From NCBI GenBank assembly GCA_964564245.1, contig CAZMAK010000001.1:48989-112988 (forward strand): DNA of 64,000 nt. The letters run 5' to 3'. Below the pieces are notes generated by a model. That model had not been told where the DNA came from. It ran no database searches and was given only the letters and a program-made list of their open reading frames with translations. The stretch is from an uncultured Ectothiorhodospiraceae bacterium. GTDB lineage: Bacteria > Pseudomonadota > Gammaproteobacteria > UBA9214. Below, one piece after another: positions 55,193 to 64,000 of the stretch. The number at the start of each line of letters is the position of its first letter. Position 1 is the first letter of the stretch. Made by a program: the position numbers and the translations under genes.

Positions 55193-55711
55193 ATGCGAGT
55201 CCTGCGCAACATCATCCTGCAACTGCTTCTTTTGCTTTTCATTAGTCCGGCCCAGGCGGGGCCGGTGTATCGCTGGATCGACGCCGGGGGAATCACCCAT
55301 TTCAGCGAGACACCGCCGGTCGACACGGCGGCCACGGTCCAGGTGCTCGAACTGCCACCACCGCCCCCGTACAACCCGGACGATGACTACTACTCGGTCG
55401 CCAACCAGGCCGCGCGCATGGAAGCGGCCCGGCTGGAACGTGACCGGGTACATGCCGAACAGCTACGCGCCGAGGCCGCCCTGCGGCAGGCACAGGCCGC
55501 CGCGGAACCCGTGCAACCCCCCGCCCCGGCCGAGCCGGTGACAATCCCGGTCTACACCTACCGGCACTTCCGGTATCCCGGCTACGGGTCGCCCCCCCGT
55601 GTCGAGCCCCGCCATCACCGTCATTCCCGGCGGCCCCTGCCGCCCGGCGCAGCACCGCGCCCGTTCGATCCCCGTTTCAACCAGCCCGACCGGTGGCTGC
55701 GGTCGCAGTGA
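55193..55711 (+). CDS. DUF4124-domain secreted protein
   Basis: Signal peptide, then the [17 protein letters not shown] signature. Coiled-coil and Pro-rich tail. AAGGAGGG RBS. Confidence 0.65.
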   Translation: MRVLRNIILQLLLLLFISPAQAGPVYRWIDAGGITHFSETPPVDTAATVQVLELPPPPPYNPDDDYYSVANQAARMEAARLERDRVHAEQLRAEAALRQAQAAAEPVQPPAPAEPVTIPVYTYRHFRYPGYGSPPRVEPRHHRHSRRPLPPGAAPRPFDPRFNQPDRWLRSQ

Positions 55712-55717
55712 GTCGGC

Positions 55718-56035
55718 TTGACGGCCCTGATACACTGTCCACTGAAACCAGACCCTCCCCCGGACATGACCGAAGAACCGGAAAGCCCGCTCCAGTTTCC
55801 CTGCGCCTTCCCCATCAAGGCCATGGGCAAGGCCGGCTGCGACCTGGACCTCATCGTCGTGGAGATCGTGCGCCGGCACGCGCCGGACCTGCACGAAGGC
55901 GCCATCCACAGCCGGACCAGCGGCCAGGGCAACTACGTGGCGGTGACCGTCACGGTCAACGCCACCAGCCGCGCCCAGCTCGACGCCATCTACCAGGACC
56001 TGGTCGATTGCGAAGCGGTACTGATGGCCCTGTGA
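55718..56035 (+). CDS. ybeD: YbeD/UPF0250-family protein
   Basis: [13 protein letters not shown] motif. Position immediately upstream of lipB, as in ybeD-lipB-lipA. Confidence 0.75.
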   Translation: MTALIHCPLKPDPPPDMTEEPESPLQFPCAFPIKAMGKAGCDLDLIVVEIVRRHAPDLHEGAIHSRTSGQGNYVAVTVTVNATSRAQLDAIYQDLVDCEAVLMAL

Positions 56036-56046
56036 ACCGGCCGCTC

Positions 56047-56694
56047 ATGGATCCCCTGCCGCACGCCGCCACCGGCGACCGGTTCCCGCTGCGGGTACAA
56101 CGGCCCGGCACGGTGGAGTACCTGCGCTGCTGGCGGGACATGCAGGCATTTACCGAGGCGCGCACCCCGGCCACCCCGGACGAGCTGTGGTTCCTGGAAC
56201 ACCCGCCGGTCTACACGCTGGGACGCAATGGCAAGGATGAGCACCTGCTCGACCCCGGCACCATCCCCGTACTGCGGGTGGACCGCGGCGGACAGGTCAC
56301 CTACCACGGCCCCGGACAGCTGGTGGTCTATACCCTGCTGGACCTGCGGCGCCGCCAACTCGGTGTACAATCCCTCGTCAACCGGCTGGAACAGGCGGTA
56401 ATCGACCTGCTGTCCGGTCACGCCATTCACGCCGAACGGCGCAGTGGTGCGCCGGGTGTCTACGTCGACGGGTGCAAGATCGCCGCGCTGGGGCTGCGGG
56501 TGCGCCGGGGCTGCAGCTTCCACGGACTCAGCCTGAACGTGAACATGGACCTGTCACCGTTTACCCGCATCAACCCGTGCGGCTATCACGGCCTGCAGGT
56601 CACACAACTCGCGGACCTGGGCATCGAGATCAGCCCGGACCAGGTCAGTCATACGTTCCAGGCACACCTGGAATCCCTGTTGCAGGACACATGA
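56047..56694 (+). CDS. lipB: octanoyltransferase LipB
   Basis: [21 protein letters not shown], active-site Lys (CKIAALG) and Cys (PCGY). Confidence 0.9.
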   Translation: MDPLPHAATGDRFPLRVQRPGTVEYLRCWRDMQAFTEARTPATPDELWFLEHPPVYTLGRNGKDEHLLDPGTIPVLRVDRGGQVTYHGPGQLVVYTLLDLRRRQLGVQSLVNRLEQAVIDLLSGHAIHAERRSGAPGVYVDGCKIAALGLRVRRGCSFHGLSLNVNMDLSPFTRINPCGYHGLQVTQLADLGIEISPDQVSHTFQAHLESLLQDT

Positions 56695-57638
56695 TGAACA
56701 GCGACGAAAAGAAACAGCGCGGCGCGGCGAAGACGGCCCGCATTCCGGTCAGGATCGAGACCACGACACGGCCGCTGCGCAAACCCGCGTGGATCCGCGC
56801 ACGCTCGACGGCCGACCCGGCGGTCAGCCGGCTCAAGGGGGTGCTGCGCGAGAACCGGCTGCACACGGTGTGCGAAGAGGCATCCTGCCCGAACATCGGC
56901 GAGTGTTTCTCCGGCGGCACCGCCACCTTCATGATCATGGGCGACATCTGCACCCGCCGCTGTCCGTTCTGCGACGTGGCGCACGGCCGTCCCGATCCAC
57001 TGGACCCGGACGAACCGGAGAACCTCGGCCGTACCATCCGGACCATGGGCCTGCGTTACGTCGTGATCACCTCGGTGGACCGTGACGACCTGCGTGACGG
57101 CGGTGCGGGGCACTTCAGCGCCTGCATCGGCGCCATACGCCGGCACAGCCCGCAGATCCGCATCGAGGTACTGGTGCCGGACTTCCGCGGACGCATGGAC
57201 CGGGCACTGGAAATACTCACCTGCACGCCGCCGGATGTCTTCAACCACAACCTGGAAACGGTACCGGGACTGTACCGCAAGGTGCGACCCGGCTCCGACT
57301 ACCAGTGGTCACTGCAGCTGCTGCAACGCTTCCACGCATTGCACCCGGAGGTGCCGACCAAATCCGGGTTGATGCTGGGCGTGGGTGAAACCATGGAAGA
57401 GGTGGAGCAGGTCATGCGCGACCTGCGTGCGCACGACTGCGACATGCTGACGCTGGGCCAGTATCTGCAACCCAGCGTACATCACCTGCCGGTGGAACGC
57501 TTCGTACATCCGGACGAATTCGAACGGCTGGGCGAACTGGGTCGCGCGCTGGGATTCACGCACGTGGCCAGCGGACCGATGGTGCGTTCGTCCTATCACG
57601 CGGACCGGCAGGCGCAGGACGCTATCGGGGATTCCTGA
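56691..57638 (+). CDS. lipA: lipoyl synthase LipA
   Basis: [12 protein letters not shown] and radical-SAM CTRRCPFC motifs. ATGA overlap with the lipB stop. Confidence 0.95.
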   Translation: MMNSDEKKQRGAAKTARIPVRIETTTRPLRKPAWIRARSTADPAVSRLKGVLRENRLHTVCEEASCPNIGECFSGGTATFMIMGDICTRRCPFCDVAHGRPDPLDPDEPENLGRTIRTMGLRYVVITSVDRDDLRDGGAGHFSACIGAIRRHSPQIRIEVLVPDFRGRMDRALEILTCTPPDVFNHNLETVPGLYRKVRPGSDYQWSLQLLQRFHALHPEVPTKSGLMLGVGETMEEVEQVMRDLRAHDCDMLTLGQYLQPSVHHLPVERFVHPDEFERLGELGRALGFTHVASGPMVRSSYHADRQAQDAIGDS

Positions 57639-59427
57639 ACCCGGTTCCGGCCACGGTTTCCACCGCACCGAACGCACCGTACTCGCGCAGCCAGCGCTCC
57701 ATTTCCTCCGCCGGCAACGCGCTGGTGAAGTAGAAGCCCTGTGCCTCGTCACAACCGCGCTCGCACAGGAAATCGTGCTGCTGCAGGCTTTCCACTCCCT
57801 CGGCGATCACTCGCAGCCGCAGGCTGTGCGCCAGCATGATGATGGCCTCGACAATCGCGGTGACATCCGCGTTGATGGCGATATCGCGTACGAAGGAATT
57901 GTCAATCTTGAGTGTATCGATCGGCAGGCACTTGAGCAGGCTGAGCGAGGAATATCCGGTTCCGAAATCATCCAGGCTGATATGCACACCCGACTGCCTC
58001 AGGTCCCGTAACATCCGGCTGCTGTTATGGATGTCCTCCATGAGTACCGCCTCGGTCAGTTCCAGCTCCAGCCAGCCGGGCGATACCCCGGCGTCCTGCA
58101 GGCCGAGTTCGACCATCTGGGAAAACATGGTCTGCCGGAACTGGCAGGCGGACAGGTTCACCGCCATGCGCAACGGCGCCAGCCCCGCATCGGCCCAGCG
58201 GCGCAACTGCTGGCAGGCACTGCGCAGCACCCATTCCCCGATCGGCACGACCAGCCCGGTTTCCTCGGCCGGCAGCATGAAGTCCTGCGGCAGCAGGATA
58301 CCTTTCTCCGGGTGCCGCCAGCGCAGCAGCGCCTCGAGACCGGACACCGCGCGCGTATGCAGGTCGATCTTGGGCTGGTAATGCACCTCGAATTCGGCAT
58401 TGGACAACGCCTTGCGCAGGCCGTTTTCCATGGCCAGACGCTCGAACGCCGAGGTACTCATCGAATGGGTATAGAACTCGTAGTTGTTCTTGCCGTGTTC
58501 CTTGGTATCGAACATGGCGGTGTCGGCATTGCGCAGCAGTTCTTCCACACTGTCGCCATCATACGGGAACACGGCGATACCGATACTCGTGGTTACCACC
58601 ACTTCCTCGGTACCGATCAGGAACGGCACCGTAATGGCGTCGATGATGCGCCGGGCCACACGCGCGGCGTCCTCGGCCTGCTCGATGTTACTCAGCATGA
58701 CGGTAAACTCGTCGCCGCCCAGCCTGGCAACCGGCACTTCCTCATTCTCCAGTTCACGGCCGATGGCGTCACTGCGCCGCAGGCAGGTCAGCAACTGGCC
58801 GGCCACGCTGCGCAGCAGGCGGTCACCGACCGAGTGGCCGAACGTATCGTTGATGCGCTTGAAGTTGTCGATATCGATGAACAGCACACCCATCAGGCGG
58901 TTGTTGCGCCGGGCCGCCTCCAGCGACTGGTACAGGCGCTCGGTGAACATGCGCCGGTTCGGGAGGTTGGTGAGTGAATCGTAGTAGGCCAGATGATGGA
59001 TGGCCTTGCGGCTCTGGCGCACACTTTCAAAGGCCCGCATGGTACGCAGCAGGTAGCGTACCCGGTGTCCGAGAATGGCGTAATTGAGCGGCTTGGTGAT
59101 GAAGTCCGTGGCACCGACCTCGAAGGCGTGGTCGATGGAATCGATGTCATCCAGTCCGGTCATCATCAGCACCGGAATATGCCGGCCCTCGTCCGTGACC
59201 CGGATCGCCTTGCAGGTATCGAACCCGTCCATGCCGGGCATCAGCACATCCAGCAACACCACGTCAGGCTGGGAGTGGCTGATGAATTCCAGCGCGGCCT
59301 CCCCGGTGTCGGCCTCTTCCACGACCAGTCCGGCCTGGCGCAGGGTCTCGCTGACCAGAACCCGTATCATCGGATCGTCATCGACCACCAGCACCAGCGA
59401 CGTACCCTCGATCACGCGCCCTCCCAT
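57622..59427 (-). CDS. response regulator with receiver, GGDEF and EAL domains
   Basis: LVVDDD...DVLMPGMDG receiver. [15 protein letters not shown] motif. [15 protein letters not shown] and KIDNSF EAL motifs. 3' end overlaps the lipA 3' end by 17 nt (convergent). Confidence 0.9.
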   Translation of the reverse strand: MGGRVIEGTSLVLVVDDDPMIRVLVSETLRQAGLVVEEADTGEAALEFISHSQPDVVLLDVLMPGMDGFDTCKAIRVTDEGRHIPVLMMTGLDDIDSIDHAFEVGATDFITKPLNYAILGHRVRYLLRTMRAFESVRQSRKAIHHLAYYDSLTNLPNRRMFTERLYQSLEAARRNNRLMGVLFIDIDNFKRINDTFGHSVGDRLLRSVAGQLLTCLRRSDAIGRELENEEVPVARLGGDEFTVMLSNIEQAEDAARVARRIIDAITVPFLIGTEEVVVTTSIGIAVFPYDGDSVEELLRNADTAMFDTKEHGKNNYEFYTHSMSTSAFERLAMENGLRKALSNAEFEVHYQPKIDLHTRAVSGLEALLRWRHPEKGILLPQDFMLPAEETGLVVPIGEWVLRSACQQLRRWADAGLAPLRMAVNLSACQFRQTMFSQMVELGLQDAGVSPGWLELELTEAVLMEDIHNSSRMLRDLRQSGVHISLDDFGTGYSSLSLLKCLPIDTLKIDNSFVRDIAINADVTAIVEAIIMLAHSLRLRVIAEGVESLQQHDFLCERGCDEAQGFYFTSALPAEEMERWLREYGAFGAVETVAGTGFRNPR

Positions 59428-62363
59428 CAGGCGACCCCCCGTTTGCGTTCCACCTGCAGCGCGGCGACAACCCGGCGGAACTCGGACTCGACGCGCTGCA
59501 GCAGTGCCACCGCCTCACCGAGTTCGCCGCTGCGACCAAGCTCCTCCAGTTCCCGGCACAGCTCCGCCATACGCGTTGCCCCCAGGTTGGCGCTGCCGGA
59601 TTTCATGCGATGCGCATGCTGGCGCACCTGCTCCGCGTCCTGGTCATCGATGGCCTGGCGCAGCCGGTTCATGACGCCGGGACAATCGGAGAGATACAGC
59701 TCGATGATCTTGTCGAGAATGTCGGGTTTGCCGGACTGCTGCAGGCCACGGATATTGTTCAGGGCGGCGGGTTCCAGGACCACATCCGCCTCCGGAACGC
59801 CGTCACCTGCCGCAGTGGACGGGGCGGACTCGTGCTCGACAGGGTCCGTTCCGGCAAACCAGCGGTTGAGCAGTTCCAGCAGCTGCACCCGCGAGAACGG
59901 CTTGCTCAGGTAATCATCCATGCCGGCCTGCAGGCACTGCTCCCGGTCTCCCTCCATCGCATTGGCCGTGACCGCGATGATCGGCACGTGTCCGCCGTCC
60001 TGCGCCTCCCGCTCACGGCGGCGAATCGCGGCGGTTGCCTCGAAGCCGTCCAGTTCCGGCATCTGGCAATCCATCAGGATAAGGTCGTACTGGCTGTGAT
60101 CCAGTGCCTCCAGTACCTCGCGTCCGTTTGCGGCAAGATCCACGCGGCAACCGAGCATCTCCAGCATGGAGATCGCCACTTCCTGGTTTACCGGGTTGTC
60201 TTCCGCCAGCAACAGCCGGATGTCACCGAGCTGCAGCGAGCCTTCCTCGACGTGCCCGGACCCGGCGGTGGCAGCCGGCAGTTCCGCCGCGCCCAGCAGG
60301 GCGTTGTACAGGTCGGACTGCCGTACCGGTTTGTGCAGATAACTGTGAATACCGCTGACCTGTGCACGGCGGGCATCACCGAAACCGCCCACCGAGGTCA
60401 GCATGATCATCGGCGTTTCCGCCACCAGGCGGTCTGCCTTGATGGCACGCGCCAGGGTGATGCCGTCCATACCCGGCATGTGCATATCCAGAATGGCCAG
60501 GTCGTAGGGATCGTTGCGATCGACGGCGACGCGCAGCATGGCCAGCGCCTGTTTGCCGCCGGAGGCCGATGTATGGCGCAGGCCCCAGGCGGCGGTCTGG
60601 TGCTCGAGGATTGCGCGATTGGTGTCGTTGTCATCCACGATCAACACACGCAGTCCGCGCAGACCGTCATGCCCCCGCCGGCTGTCATCCCGGTCCTCAC
60701 GCTTCTGCAGGCGAATATGGAAGTGAAACACCGATCCCACGTTGAGCTGGCTGGTCACACCGATCTCCCCGCCCATCATTTCCACCAGCCGCCGGGAGAT
60801 CGCCAGGCCAAGCCCGGTACCGCCGTAATGCCGCGTGGTCGAGCCATCCGCCTGGGTAAAGGATTCGAAGATGCGTGAACAGGCCCCGTCGGTCATGCCG
60901 ATACCGGTGTCGCGCACCTCGAACGCCAGTGTGACCTCGTGTTCATCCTGCGCCATCACGCCGAGCCTGACGAACACCTCACCCTGATCGGTGAACTTGA
61001 GGGCATTCCCCACCAGATTGGTCAGGATCTGGCGCAGGCGATTGGGGTCGCCGCTCACTGCAAGCGGGGTATCGGGGGCAATCTCGAGCAGCAGTTCCAG
61101 TCCCTTGCGATGGGCCGACTCGGCCAGCAGCTCCATCACCTCCTCGACTGCTTCGCGCAGGTTGAACTCCAGCATCTCCAGCTCGAGCTTGCCGGCCTCG
61201 ACCTTGGAGAAATCCAGGATGTCGTTGATGACGTGCAGCAGTGCCTTGCCGGAACGATGCACCGTGTTGCAGAACTTTGCCTGCTGCTCGTTGAGACCGG
61301 TTTCCATCAGCAACTCGGTCATGCCCAGCACACCATTCATCGGTGTACGGATCTCGTGGCTCATATTGGCAAGAAACTGGGACTTTGCCAGGCTCGCCTG
61401 TTCCGCCGCATCGCGCGCCCGTTTCAGCTCGCGGTCACGCTCGCGGACCTGCGCCAGCATGTCATTGAAGCCTTCAGTGAGTGCACCGAGCTCGTCATGA
61501 CCCGACCAGCGCGCACGCAGCGAGTAATCGCGCTCTGTCTTGACCCGCTGCATGATGCCGGCCAGCTCCAGCACGGGCTCCGAGATGGAACTCTGCAACA
61601 GGGCGGCCAGTACGAAGGCAACCACGATGGAGATCACCAGGATGGCGCCGATCACCATGAAATCCTGGCGTATCTGGGTACGGATCGGCTGCAGGCTGGA
61701 ATGGATGCCGATAAATCCGAGTAGTTCATGGTCCAGGTGAATCGGTGCCACCAGGTCCAGGCTGTGGCTGCTGAAGCGGTAATCGGCCGGTGCGGCATTA
61801 TCCGGATCGCTGGCATAGCGGTCGAGCCCCGGGCTTTCCAGGACTGGCGTTTTCGCATCCGCCGGGTAACTGGCCAGTACCCCGCCATTGGCACGGCGGA
61901 TGGAGGCACTCAGCACATTCGGCTCCGCCTTCAATGCGGCCAGGGTTTCGATTGCCGCACTCCTGTCGTCGAAGGCCAGCGCCGCGGAACTGTTATGCCC
62001 GATCACATTGGCCAGTGCGGTGAGGCTGTCCACCATCCCGCTGCGGATCCGGATCACGTCGTTGGCCATGAATGCGACCGACGCCAGCATCAGCACCACC
62101 ACACTGATCAGCGCCATCATCAGCATCAGCTTCGCGCGAATGGACTTGTTGTGCAGACGCAGAATATTGCCGTACATGCTCATTCCCTGGTGATGACGGA
62201 TGATCGCTGCTGCCGGATCAAGCAAACTGATCCTGAAACCTATCGGCGTAACCGGGAAAAGTTTGACCCGGCCCGCCCGATGCGGACACCGGCAGGGAAC
62301 AGGGGGGAATACGGGAAATATCTTTTTATTACATGGAGTTGCTAAATATACGATCCCGCGCAA
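59427..62363 (-). CDS. unorthodox hybrid sensor histidine kinase (sensor, TM, HisKA, HATPase, two receivers, Hpt)
   Basis: MSHEIRTPMNG H-box. DTGIGM and GGTGLGL G-boxes. Two receiver domains (VLIVDDND..., LLAEDNPVNQ...). C-terminal Hpt with HAHRMKSGSANLGA. Stop overlaps the start of the REC-GGDEF-EAL gene. Confidence 0.85.
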   Translation of the reverse strand: MRGIVYLATPCNKKIFPVFPPVPCRCPHRAGRVKLFPVTPIGFRISLLDPAAAIIRHHQGMSMYGNILRLHNKSIRAKLMLMMALISVVVLMLASVAFMANDVIRIRSGMVDSLTALANVIGHNSSAALAFDDRSAAIETLAALKAEPNVLSASIRRANGGVLASYPADAKTPVLESPGLDRYASDPDNAAPADYRFSSHSLDLVAPIHLDHELLGFIGIHSSLQPIRTQIRQDFMVIGAILVISIVVAFVLAALLQSSISEPVLELAGIMQRVKTERDYSLRARWSGHDELGALTEGFNDMLAQVRERDRELKRARDAAEQASLAKSQFLANMSHEIRTPMNGVLGMTELLMETGLNEQQAKFCNTVHRSGKALLHVINDILDFSKVEAGKLELEMLEFNLREAVEEVMELLAESAHRKGLELLLEIAPDTPLAVSGDPNRLRQILTNLVGNALKFTDQGEVFVRLGVMAQDEHEVTLAFEVRDTGIGMTDGACSRIFESFTQADGSTTRHYGGTGLGLAISRRLVEMMGGEIGVTSQLNVGSVFHFHIRLQKREDRDDSRRGHDGLRGLRVLIVDDNDTNRAILEHQTAAWGLRHTSASGGKQALAMLRVAVDRNDPYDLAILDMHMPGMDGITLARAIKADRLVAETPMIMLTSVGGFGDARRAQVSGIHSYLHKPVRQSDLYNALLGAAELPAATAGSGHVEEGSLQLGDIRLLLAEDNPVNQEVAISMLEMLGCRVDLAANGREVLEALDHSQYDLILMDCQMPELDGFEATAAIRRREREAQDGGHVPIIAVTANAMEGDREQCLQAGMDDYLSKPFSRVQLLELLNRWFAGTDPVEHESAPSTAAGDGVPEADVVLEPAALNNIRGLQQSGKPDILDKIIELYLSDCPGVMNRLRQAIDDQDAEQVRQHAHRMKSGSANLGATRMAELCRELEELGRSGELGEAVALLQRVESEFRRVVAALQVERKRGVA

Positions 62364-62425
62364 GGGCGTCTGGCCGGTGTTTGCCGCGGCCAGGTATCGG
62401 ACCCGCTCGCAGCCCGCCGCCGCGG

Positions 62426-63466
62426 CTACTCCGGCAGCAGGCGTTCCATCAGATAACCGAGGCAGTCCTGGCGAATGATGTTCGTGTCGAGGGTGAACAT
62501 CGACGGCATGAACGCACGGGTACTGCGCAACACCCCGCCCTCCACCGTGAAATAGCGCGCGTACACCGGCTGGTCGTTCTCGTCGAGCACCTCCAGCGGT
62601 ACCGCCAAGCCATCCCGTACCCGGCCCAGCACGGTCCCGGCCGGCAATTCGCGAAAATTCAGGTGATCGATGTCGGCCACCAGTTGCAGGTCCGCGTCGC
62701 CCGGATCAAAACCGAAACCGACCGACTCCGGCACGTACACCGTGGCGACCGTGTGGAACAGGTCCACGTCGTGTGCCGCCACGGCGTGATGCGGGAACTC
62801 GTGCAGACGCAGTACCGCCTCCAGGAAATCCCGTGCATGCCGGGCACCGTATTCCTGGTCCGGCTTGCCGCATTCGATGGTCACCGCCGGACACAGTGCC
62901 GACATGGCCATCGACTGGACCCCGAGTGGCCGGATGAAATACACCACGGTGCGGCTGAACAGTGCCGCCAGCTGCAGGAAACGGTTGTCGATCCGGTTGA
63001 TACAGGCATAGTGTGGATTGATGCCGGTGTTGTTGTGAATGTCGATACTGGCAAACGGCGCGCGCGCCTGCATGCGGCGCACCACCTCCTGCATCAGGAT
63101 TGCTTCCGCCGCCTCCGGCATGGTGGTGCCCGGCCAGACGCGGTTGTAGTCCGCCTGCCCGTCCAGCCGGCGCAAACCGAGCCCGGCGGCGGCCACATTG
63201 CCGAAAAAGACCGACAGCGCGCGCGGCAACACAGCGTCACGATAGTCCCGCAACAGCATCTGCAACGCCGTCAGCCCCGTGGTCTCGTTGCCATGCGCCA
63301 GTACCGTAACAAATACCGGCTCCGGCTGGCGCCCCGGCAGGTGCAGCAGGGTCGGGCCGCCCAGCAACCGCAGCAGTTCCTCGGCACGCGCTTCCAGCAG
63401 TCCGCCCGGCAGCTCGTGCAATTCATTCAACACGGTCATCACGACTCCGTTATCCGGGTATCCCAT
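62426..63466 (-). CDS. succinylglutamate desuccinylase/aspartoacylase (AstE/AspA) family zinc hydrolase
   Basis: LAHGNETTG (HGNE metal-ligand motif) and DIHNNTG blocks. About 346 aa. Confidence 0.6.
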   Translation of the reverse strand: MGYPDNGVVMTVLNELHELPGGLLEARAEELLRLLGGPTLLHLPGRQPEPVFVTVLAHGNETTGLTALQMLLRDYRDAVLPRALSVFFGNVAAAGLGLRRLDGQADYNRVWPGTTMPEAAEAILMQEVVRRMQARAPFASIDIHNNTGINPHYACINRIDNRFLQLAALFSRTVVYFIRPLGVQSMAMSALCPAVTIECGKPDQEYGARHARDFLEAVLRLHEFPHHAVAAHDVDLFHTVATVYVPESVGFGFDPGDADLQLVADIDHLNFRELPAGTVLGRVRDGLAVPLEVLDENDQPVYARYFTVEGGVLRSTRAFMPSMFTLDTNIIRQDCLGYLMERLLPE

Positions 63467-64000
63467 TCATGTACCGGCAGGCCATCCTGCTGGCGACGGT
63501 AACAGGCCGCCGTGATGGTGGCAGGATCACTGGCGCACTGTGCCGCGGCAGCACGCAGCCAGGCGGCACCGGTCTGGCCGCTTTGGACGCGCGCCTCGAT
63601 GATCGACAGGTAACGTTCGCTGTCCACCCGGTTGATTTCCAGCTGCTGCAGACCGGCCCGTGCCAGTGGTACCAGCTGCTGCAACACCAGTGCCCGCAGG
63701 CTGCCGCGCTGCCCGTCCAGCCAGTGGACCTGTGCATCCAGCCCGTGCTGTGCCGCCGCGTAGAAGTTGTCCCGCGCCGTGGAGAATTCCAGCACGTGCT
63801 CCGGTGCCGTGTCCCGTGCCAGCAGGGATTGCACCAGGCCGTGGAAGAACGCCGCATTGGCGATCATGTCCACGATAGTGGGCCCGGCCGGTATCACGCG
63901 ATGCTCGATACGCAGATGCGGCCTGCCATCGTAATCGAAGCCGATCAGCGGGCGGTTCCAGCGCCAGATGGTACCATTGTGCAGGCGCACATGATCCATC
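63439..64000 (-). CDS. carboxylate-amine ligase-like protein (possible GCS2/YbdK family), C-terminal part only; gene continues beyond the window end
   Basis: Open frame running out of the window on the minus strand. Weak family resemblance only. 3' end overlaps the AstE/AspA-like gene start by 28 nt. Confidence 0.3.
   Translation of the reverse strand, partial: MDHVRLHNGTIWRWNRPLIGFDYDGRPHLRIEHRVIPAGPTIVDMIANAAFFHGLVQSLLARDTAPEHVLEFSTARDNFYAAAQHGLDAQVHWLDGQRGSLRALVLQQLVPLARAGLQQLEINRVDSERYLSIIEARVQSGQTGAAWLRAAAAQCASDPATITAACYRRQQDGLPVHEWDTRITES

Overview
This 64-kb window is high-GC chromosomal DNA with short AT-rich intergenic islands. It looks like a gammaproteobacterium, possibly a sulfur-oxidiser. 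I could not recognise any rRNA or tRNA gene, CRISPR array or prophage. About 70 protein-coding genes can be supported.

The dominant feature is a non-canonical type IV pilus locus of the MSHA/T2SS-like kind, split in two halves.
- Half one (7.9-12.0 kb, minus strand) encodes PilM/N/O/P-like proteins and a secretin.
- Half two (15.5-30.4 kb, minus strand) is one long translationally coupled operon. It runs sensor kinase, single-domain receiver, degenerate-GGDEF/EAL phosphodiesterase, a GspE/MshE-type ATPase, a GspF-like platform, then a G-H-I-J-K-ordered pilin set.
- The ATPase carries an extra N-terminal STAS (anti-sigma-antagonist-like) domain in front of its MshEN-type c-di-GMP-binding motifs.
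- The pilin set ends in a 1168-aa GspK/PilX-like pseudopilin fused to adhesin modules: two carbohydrate-binding-like beta-sandwich domains, a YWTD beta-propeller, a Gly14 linker and a C-terminal lectin-like domain.
- The J-like pseudopilin carries thrombospondin-type-3-like Asp-rich calcium-binding repeats.
- A PEP-CTERM protein with the same carbohydrate-binding-like domain sits antisense inside the operon.
- A diguanylate cyclase, an HDOD protein and a REP-associated tyrosine transposase (RAYT) lie between the two halves.

Other notable features:
- The RAYT is bracketed by a perfect 11-bp inverted repeat. The core of that repeat (CAGGTCCGAC) recurs as 21-bp terminal inverted repeats of a roughly 170-bp MITE/REPIN-like insertion between the ATPase and platform genes, and as a solo copy at 36.8 kb. 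The element seems to supply the stop codon of the upstream gene and part of the RBS of the downstream gene.
- A Gly/Tyr tandem-repeat secreted protein resembles sulfur-globule envelope proteins. It has its own AT-rich promoter island and terminator and sits next to an ArsR-family regulator with an SqrR/BigR-like Cys pair.
- A lipid-remodelling cluster holds two GT4 glycosyltransferases, a PAP2 phosphatase, DgkA and a PlcP/LpxH-like metallophosphoesterase.
- A sigma-54 enhancer-binding response regulator and its kinase are divergent from a Sel1-SulP-ClC operon with a good -24/-12 promoter match.
- The conserved ybeD-lipB-lipA unit, MsrA, glutaredoxin, a TMEM175-like channel, SixA and several sensor kinases (one unorthodox, with Hpt) make up the rest.

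Coordinates taken from the ORF track are reliable. Fine positions of short motifs are anchored to neighbouring start and stop codons and could be off by a nucleotide or two.
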